This document shows positions 56,483 through 64,000 of a stretch of 64,000 nt of DNA, in pieces (position 1 is the first letter of the stretch; every line of letters begins with the position of its first letter). The translations under genes were made by a program, and so were the position numbers. Below the pieces are notes generated by a model. The model ran no database searches and was not told the DNA's origin. It saw only the letters and a program-made list of their open reading frames with translations. Where the stretch lies: positions 585,094,001 to 585,158,000 of the forward strand of contig NW_027362771.1 in assembly GCF_046119375.1 (NCBI RefSeq), read 5' to 3'. Origin of the DNA: Phyllobates terribilis (lineage: Eukaryota).

Positions 56483-56814
56483 ACCTGGGATGAGCGGAGC
56501 TAGAGCTCATGGCATGCTGGGAGTTGTAGTATCACACCGTGTGGTTTGCTGCTGATCCCCCCCTGTAGACGTTAGAGATTCCTGATGTGAGCAGACATAG
56601 CAGAGCAGAGTTTACCACCTGGCACCTCTGCATGGCTGTCATGTTCATCCAGTACTGCCTGATTCATGACCCATGTGAGGTAATAGGCCGTAAAGGACCG
56701 ATTGTAGAGTGTGAGAAGGAGTGGGGCGCTATGGTGACGGCAGCAGCGGTATATCTGCTCGTTTTCGCCCTCTGGTGGCAGAATTTGCGTACTGCACTTT
56801 ATGAGCTGCTGTTC

Positions 56815-56889
56815 GGTCATGTGACCTTCAACTGTAGATCAATTGGTTATCGAGCTGTTTAGAGGCGTGGTCTGTGAGAATCACATGAT
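56815..56889. promoter_or_regulatory. Two M-box/CLEAR-like E-boxes upstream of the MAN2B1 start
   Basis: GGTCATGTGACC 56815-56826 and ATCACATGAT 56880-56889, plus ATTGG and GGCGTGG between them. Confidence 0.6.
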
Positions 56890-56924
56890 TGTAAATTCCC
56901 GCACCGGTAATACGGTGACAGTAA

Positions 56925-57005
56925 ATGATGGAGCGACACCGGGGGCTGCTGATCCTGCTGCTGCTGCTGGGAGCGGTGTACCGGGGGAGCGGCTGCGGCC
57001 CGGAG
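56925..57005 (+). CDS. MAN2B1: Lysosomal alpha-mannosidase, coding exon 1 (signal peptide); rest of gene outside window
   Basis: MMERHRGLLILLLLLGAVYRGSGCGPE: signal peptide ending in GCGPE, comparable to human exon 1 ending ...AGGYE in phase 0; syntenic position and strand next to WDR83OS; no catalytic exon visible. Confidence 0.7.
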
Positions 57006-57091
57006 GCGAGTGAGGATGATTATCATGTCTCCTTCAGTTAACTTAGCGGCTTCTGACTAAAGCAGGAAGCAAAGTCTGATATCTATGAGGC

Positions 57092-60000
57092 GTGCAGTGT
57101 ACCGAGGAGGAGAGGAGAGGGGGAGCAGTGTACCGAGGAGGAGAGGAGAGGGGGAGCAGTGTACAGAGGAGGAGAGGAGAGGGGGAGCAGTGTACAGAGG
57201 AGGAGAGGAGAGGGGGAGCAGTGTACTGAGGAGGAGAGGAGAGGGGGAGCAGTGTACAGAGGAGGAGAGGAGAGGGGGAGCAGTGTACCGAGGAGGAGAG
57301 GAGAGGGGGAGCAGTGTACCGAGGAGGAGAGGAGAGGGGGAGCAGTGTACCGAGGAGGAGAGGAGAGGGGGAGCAGTGTACAGAGGAGGAGAGGAGAGGG
57401 GGAGCAGTGTACTGAGGAGGAGAGGAGAGGGGGAGCAGTGTACTGAGGAGGGGAGTAGAGGGGGAGCAGTGTACTGAGGAGGAGAGGAGAGGGGGAGCAG
57501 TGTACTGAGGAGGAGAGGAGAGGGGGAGCAGTGTACAGAGGAGGAGAGGAGAGGGGGAGCAGTGTACAGAGGAGGAGAGGAGAGGGGGAGCAGTGTACAG
57601 AGGAGGAGAGGAGAGGGGGAGCAGTGTACAGAGGAGGAGAGGAGAGGGGGAGCAGTGTACCGAGGGGGAGCAGTGTACCGAGGGGGAGAGGAGAGGGGGA
57701 GCAGTGTACCGAGGAGGAGAGGAGAGGGGGAGCAGTGTACCGAGGAGGAGAGGGGGAGCAGTGTACAGAGGAGGAGAGGAGAGGGGGAGCAGTGTACTGA
57801 GGAGGAGAGGAGAGGGGGAGCAGTGTACTGAGGAGGGGAGTAGAGGGGGAGCAGTGTACTGAGGAGGAGAGGAGAGGGGGAGCAGTGTACTGAGGAGGAG
57901 AGGAGAGGGGGAGCAGTGTACTGAGGAGGAGAGGAGAGGGGGAGCAGTGTACTGAGGAGGAGAGGAGAGGAGGAGAGGAGAGGGGGAGCAGTGTACAGAG
58001 GAGGGGAGTAGAGGGGGAGCAGTGTACTGAGGAGGGGAGGAGAGGGGGAGCAGTGTACAGAGGAGGAGAGGAGAGGGGGAGCAGTGTACCGAGGAGGAGA
58101 GGAGAGGGGGAGCAGTGTACAGAGGAGGGGAGGAGAGGGGGAGCAGTGTACTGAGGAGGAGAGGAGAGGGGGAGCAGTGTACAGAGGAGGGGAGGAGAGG
58201 GGGAGCAGTGTACAGAGGAGGGGAGGAGAGGGGGAGCAGTGTACAGAGGAGGGGAGGAGAGGGGGAGCAGTGTACAGAGGAGGGGAGGAGAGGGGGAGCA
58301 GTGTACAGAGGAGGGGAGGAGAGGGGGAGCAGTGTACAGAGGAGGAGAGGAGAGGGGGAGCAGTGTACTGAGGAGGAGAGGAGAGGGGGAGCAGTGTACT
58401 GAGGAGGGGAGGAGAGGGGGAGCAGTGTACAGAGGAGGAGAGGAGAGGGGGAGCAGTGTACAGAGGAGGGGAGGAGAGGGGGAGCAGTGTACAGAGGAGG
58501 GGAGGAGAGGGGGAGCAGTGTACAGAGGAGGGGAGGAGAGGGGGAGCAGTGTACAGAGGAGGGGAGGAGAGGGGGAGCAGTGTACAGAGGAGGAGAGGAG
58601 AGGGGGAGCAGTGTACAGAGGAGGAGAGGAGAGGGGGAGCAGTGTACAGAGGGGGAGCAGTGTACTGAGGAGGAGAGGGGGAGCAGTGTACTGAGGAGGA
58701 GAGGGGGAGCAGTGTACAGAGGGGGAGCAGTGTACTGAGGAGGAGAGGGGGAGCAGTGTACTGAGGAGGAGAGGGGGAGCAGTGTACTGAGGAGGAGAGG
58801 AGAGGGGGAGCAGTGTACAGAGGAGGGGAGGAGAGGGGGAGCAGTGTACAGAGGAGGAGAGGAGAGGGGGAGCAGTGTACTGAGGAGGAGAGGAGAGGGG
58901 GAGCAGTGTACTGAGGAGGAGAGGAGAGGGGGAGCAGTGTACTGAGGAGGAGAGGAGAGGGGGAGCAGTGTACTGAGGAGGGGAGGAGAGGGGGAGCAGT
59001 GTACTGAGGAGGAGAGGAGAGGGGGAGCAGTGTACTGAGGAGGAGAGGAGAGGGGGAGCAGTGTACAGAGGAGGAGAGGAGAGGGGGAGCAGTGTACAGA
59101 GGAGGAGAGGAGAGGGGGAGCAGTGTACTGAGGAGGAGAGGAGAGGGGGAGCAGTGTACTGAGGAGGGGAGGAGAGGGGGAGCAGTGTACAGAGGAGGGG
59201 AGGAGAGGGGGAGCAGTGTACAGAGGAGGGGAGGAGAGGGGGAGCAGTGTACAGAGGAGGGGAGGAGAGGGGGAGCAGTGTACAGAGGAGGGGAGGGGGA
59301 GCAGTGTACAGAGGAGGAGAGGAGAGGGGGAGCAGTGTACAGAGGAGGGGAGGAGAGGGGGAGCAGTGTACAGAGGAGGGGAGGAGAGGGGGAGCAGTGT
59401 ACAGAGGAGGGGAGGAGAGGGGGAGCAGTGTACAGAGGAGGGGAGGAGAGGGGGAGCAGTGTACAGAGGAGGAGAGGAGAGGGGGAGCAGTGTACAGAGG
59501 AGGAGAGGAGAGGCAGCAGTGTACAGAGGAGGGGAGGAGAGGGGGAGCAGTGTACAGAGGAGGAGAGGAGAGGCAGCAGTGTACAGAGGAGGGGAGGAGA
59601 GGGAGCAGTGTACAGAGGAGGAGAGGAGAGGGGGAGCAGTGTACAGAGGAGGGGAGGAGAGGGGGAGCAGTGTACAGAGGAGGGGAGGAGAGGGGGAGCA
59701 GTGTACAGAGGAGGGGAGGAGAGGGGGAGCAGTGTACTGAGGAGGGGAGGAGAGGGGGAGCAGTGTACTGAGGAGGGGAGGAGAGGGGGAGCAGTGTACT
59801 GAGGAGGAGAGGAGAGGGGGAGCAGTGTACAGAGGAGGGGAGGAGAGGGGGAGCAGTGTACAGAGGAGGGGAGGAGAGGGGGAGCAGTGTACAGAGGAGG
59901 GGAGGAGAGGGGGAGCAGTGTACAGAGGAGGGGAGGAGAGGGGGAGCAGTGTACTGAGGAGGGGAGGAGAGGGGGAGCAGTGTACAAAGGAGGAGAGGAG

Positions 60001-63000
60001 AGGGGGAGCAGTGTACAGAGGAGGAGAGGAGAGGGGGAGCAGTGTACAGAGGAGGGGAGGAGAGGGGGAGCAGTGTACAGAGGAGGAGAGGAGAGGGGGA
60101 GCAGTGTACAGAGGAGGGGAGGAGAGGGGGAGCAGTGTACAGAGGAGGAGAGGGGGAGCAGTGTACAGAGGAGGAGAGGGGGAGCAGTGTACTGAGGAGG
60201 AGAGGGGGAGCAGTGTACTGAGGAGGAGAGGAGAGGGGGAGCAGTGTACTGAGGAGGAGAGGAGAGGGGGAGCAGTGTACTGAGGAGGAGAGGAGAGGGG
60301 GAGCAGTGTACAGAGGAGGGGAGGAGAGGGGGAGCAGTGTACAGAGGAGGGGAGGAGAGGGGGAGCAGTGTACAGAGGAGGGGAGGAGAGGGGGAGCAGT
60401 GTACAGAGGAGGGGAGGAGAGGGGGAGCAGTGTACTGAGGAGGGGAGGAGAGGGGGAGCAGTGTACAGAGGAGGAGAGGAGAGGGGGAGCAGTGTACAGA
60501 GGAGGAGAGGAGAGGGGGAGCAGTGTACAGAGGAGGAGAGGAGAGGGGGAGCAGTGTACAGAGGAGGAGAGGAGAGGGGGAGCAGTGTACCGAGGAGGAG
60601 AGGAGAGGGGGAGCAGTGTACCGAGGAGGAGAGGAGAGGGGGAGCAGTGTACCGAGGAGGAGAGGAGAGGGGGAGCAGTGTACCGAGGAGGAGAGGAGAG
60701 GTGGAGCAGTGTACCGAGGAGGAGAGGAGAGGGGGAGCAGTGTACCGAGGAGGAGAGGAGAGGGGGAGCAGTGTACAGAGGAGGAGAGGAGAGGGGGAGC
60801 AGTGTACAGAGGAGGGGAGGAGAGGGGGAGCAGTGTACAGAGGAGGAGAGGAGAGGGGGAGCAGTGTACTGAGGAGGAGAGGAGAGGGGGAGCAGTGTAC
60901 AGAGGAGGGGAGGAGAGGGGGAGCAGTGTACAGAGGAGGGGAGGAGAGGGGGAGCAGTGTACAGAGGAGGGGAGGAGAGGGGGAGCAGTGTACAGAGGAG
61001 GGGAGGAGAGGGGGAGCAGTGTACAGAGGAGGAGAGGGGGAGCAGTGTACAGAGGAGGAGAGGGGGAGCAGTGTACAGAGGAGGAGAGGGGGAGCAGTGT
61101 ACTGAGGAGGAGAGGAGAGGGGGAGCAGTGTACTGAGGAGGAGAGGAGAGGGGGAGCAGTGTACAGAGGAGGGGAGGAGAGGGGGAGCAGTGTACAGAGG
61201 AGGGGAGGAGAGGGGGAGCAGTGTACAGAGGAGGGGAGGAGAGGGGGAGCAGTGTACAGAGGAGGGGAGGAGAGGGGGAGCAGTGTACAGAGGAGGGGAG
61301 GAGAGGGGGAGCAGTGTACAGAGGAGGGGAGGAGAGGGGGAGCAGTGTACAGAGGAGGAGAGGAGAGGGGGAGCAGTGTACAGAGGAGGAGAGGAGAGGG
61401 GGAGCAGTGTACAGAGGAGGAGAGGAGAGGGGGAGCAGTGTACAGAGGAGGAGAGGAGAGGGGGAGCAGTGTACAGAGGAGGAGAGGAGAGGGGAGGAGA
61501 GGCAGCAGTGTACAGAGGAGGAGAGGAGAGGCAGCAGTGTACAGAGGAGGAGAGGAGAGGCAGCAGTGTACAGAGGAGGAGAGGAGAGGCAGCAGTGTAC
61601 AGAGGAGGAGAGGAGAGGGAGCAGTGTACAGAGGAGGAGAGGAGAGGGGGAGCAGTGTACAGAGGGGAGGAGAGTAGGAGCAGTGTACGGGAGAGGAGAG
61701 GGGGAGGAGAGTAGGAGCAGTGTACTGGGGAGGAGAGGGGGAGAGGGGGAGGAGGGGAGCGGGGGAGCAGTGTACAGAGGAGGGGAGGAGAGTAGGAGCA
61801 GTGTACTGAGGGGGTGCAGTGTACTGAGGAGGAGAGGAGAGGGGGAGCAGTGTACTGAGGAGGAGAGGAGAGGGGGAGCAGTGTACCGAGGAGGAGAGGA
61901 GAGGGGGAGCAGTGTACCGAGGAGGAGAGGAGAGGGGGAGCAGTGTACCGAGGAGGAGAGGAGAGGGGGAGCAGTGTACCGAGGAGGAGAGGAGAGGGGG
62001 AGCAGTGTACCGAGGAGGAGAGGAGAGGGGGAGCAGTGTACCGAGGAGGAGAGGAGAGGGGGAGCAGTGTACCGAGGAGGGGAGGAGAGGGGGAGCAGTG
62101 TACAGAGGAGGAGAGGAGAGGGGGAGCAGTGTACTGAGGGGGTAGGAGAGAGGGGAGCAGTGTACAGAGGAGGGAGCAGTGTACTGAGGGGGGAGGAGAG
62201 AGGGGAGCAGTGTACAGAGGCGGGAAGGAGAGGGGGTGCAGTGTACAGAGGCGGGAAGGAGAGGGGGTGCAGTGTACAGAGGCGGGAAGGAGAGGGGGTG
62301 CAGTGTACAGAGGCGGGAAGGAGAGGGGGTGCAGTGTACAGAGGCGGGAAGGAGAGGGGGTGCAGTGTACAGAGGGGGGGAGAGGGGGTGCAGTGTACAG
62401 AGGGGGGGGGAGAGGGAGGGAAGGAGAGGGGGTGCAGTGTACAGAGGGGGGGGAGAGGGGGTGCAGTGTACAGAGGGGGGGAGGGAAGGAGAGGGGGTGC
62501 AGTGTACAGAGGGGGGGGAGAGGGGGTGCAGTGTACAGAGGGGGGGGAGAGGGAAGGAAGGAGAGGGGGTGCAGTGTACAGAGGGGAGGAGAGGGGGTGC
62601 AGTGTACAGAGGGGGGGAGGAGAGGGGGTGCAGTGTACAGAGGGGGGGAGGAGAGGGGGTGCAGTGTACAGAGGGGGGGGAGAGGGGGTGCAGTGTACAG
62701 AGGGGGGGGAGGAGAGGGAGGGAAGGAGAGGGGGTGCAGTGTACAGAGGGGGGGAGGAGAGGGAGGGAAGGAGAGGGGGTGCAGTGTACAGAGGGGGGGA
62801 GGAGAGGGAGGGAAGGAGAGGGGGTGCAGTGTACAGAGGGGGGGGGAGAGGGGGTGCAGTGTACAGGGGGGGAGGAGAGGGAGGGAAGGAGAGGGTGCAG
62901 TGTACAGGGGGGGGGAAGGAGAGGGGGTGCAGTGTACAGAGGTGGGGGGAAGGAGAGGGGGTGCAGTGTACAAGGGGGGGGGAAGGAGAGGGGGTGCAGT

Positions 63001-64000
63001 GTACAGAGGTGGGGGGAAGGAGAGGGGGTGCAGTGTACAGAGGTGGGGGGAAGGAGAGGGGGTGCAGTGTACAGAGGTGGGGGGAAGGAGAGGGGGTGCA
63101 GTGTACAGAGGGGGGGGGAGGAGAGGGGGTGCAGTGTACAGAGGGGGGGAGGGGTGCAGTGTACAGAGGGGGGGAGGGGTGCAGTGTACAGAGGGGGGGG
63201 AGAGGGGGTGCAGTGTACAGAGGGGGGGGAGAAGGGGGTGCAGTGTACAGAGGGGGGGGAGAAGGGGGTGCAGTGTACAGAGGGGGGGGAAGGAGAGGGG
63301 GGTGTAGTGTACAGAGGGGGGGGGAGAGGGGGTGCAGTGTACAGAGGGGGGGGAGGGGGGTGCAGTGTACAGAGGGGGGGGAGGGGGGTGCAGTGTACAG
63401 AGGGGGGGAGAGGGGGGTGCAGTGTACAGAGGGGGGGAGAGGGGGTGCAGTGTACAGAGGGGGGGAAGGAGAGGGGGTGCAGTGTACAGAGGGGGGGGGG
63501 AGGGGAGGAGAGGGGGTGCAGTGTACAGAGGGGGGGAGGAGAGGGGGTGCAGTGTACAGAGGGGGGGAGGAGAGGGGTGCAGTGTACAGAGGGGGGGAGG
63601 AGAGGGGTGCAGTGTACAGAGGGGGGGAAGGAGAGGGGGGTGCAGTGTATAGAGGGGGTGCAGTGTACAGAGGGGGGGAAGGAGAGGGGGGTGCAGTGTA
63701 CAGAGGGGGGGTGAAGAGGGGGGTGCAGTGTACAGAGGGGGGGAAGGAGAGGGGGTTGCAGTGTACAGAGGGGGGAAGGAGAGGGGGGTGCAGTGTACAG
63801 AGGGGGGGTGGAGAGGGGGGTGCAGTGTACAGAGGGGGGGGTGGAGAGGGGGGTGCAGTGTACAGAGGGGGGAAGGAGAGGGGGGTGCAGTGTACAGAGG
63901 GGGGGAGGGGGGGGTGCAGTGTACAGAGGGGGGGAAGGAGAGGGGGGTGCAGTGTGGAGAGGGGGGTGCAGTGTACAGAGGGGGGGTGGAGAGGGGGTGC
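57092..64000. repeat. >6.9 kb polypurine minisatellite, 31-bp unit GGAGCAGTGTACAGAGGAGGAGAGGAGAGGG changing to a GGTGCAGTGTACAGAG(G)n variant after ~62200
   Basis: Direct; runs off the window end. Confidence 0.98.

Noticed and set aside
57043-62973. 1976-aa and 976-aa minus-strand ORFs and many plus-strand G/E/R-rich ORFs
   Set aside because: Translations of the 31-bp minisatellite; the unit lacks stop codons on that strand and the frame rotates with each unit

Overview
Vertebrate genomic DNA, most likely a frog. The taxon is inferred from the TE repertoire: TTAA-flanked T2-type MITEs, Tc1, CR1, RTE and Penelope-like fragments. The window holds the conserved gene block FBXW9(+, 10 coding exons) - DHPS(+, 9) - WDR83(-, 9) - WDR83OS(+, 4) - MAN2B1 (+, coding exon 1 only). 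I reconstructed these by hand from splice signals and remembered human protein sequences, and the four complete genes each give a frame-consistent CDS. Many introns are 70-170 nt, while others are inflated to 2-7 kb by private minisatellites, so most long ORFs in the supplied track are repeat artefacts. The 15 kb between FBXW9 and DHPS is TE-rich but also carries minus-strand exon-like segments. One is an 886-nt splice-bounded, stop-free reading frame through a 39-bp array that the ORF track missed. Other highlights are a 17-aa loop deletion in DHPS, a probable GC-AG first intron in MAN2B1, related satellites in the last introns of the convergent DHPS/WDR83 pair, and a CR1-in-CR1 insertion forming an in-frame chimeric ORF. 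No database searches were run, and family calls for degraded TEs are from memory.
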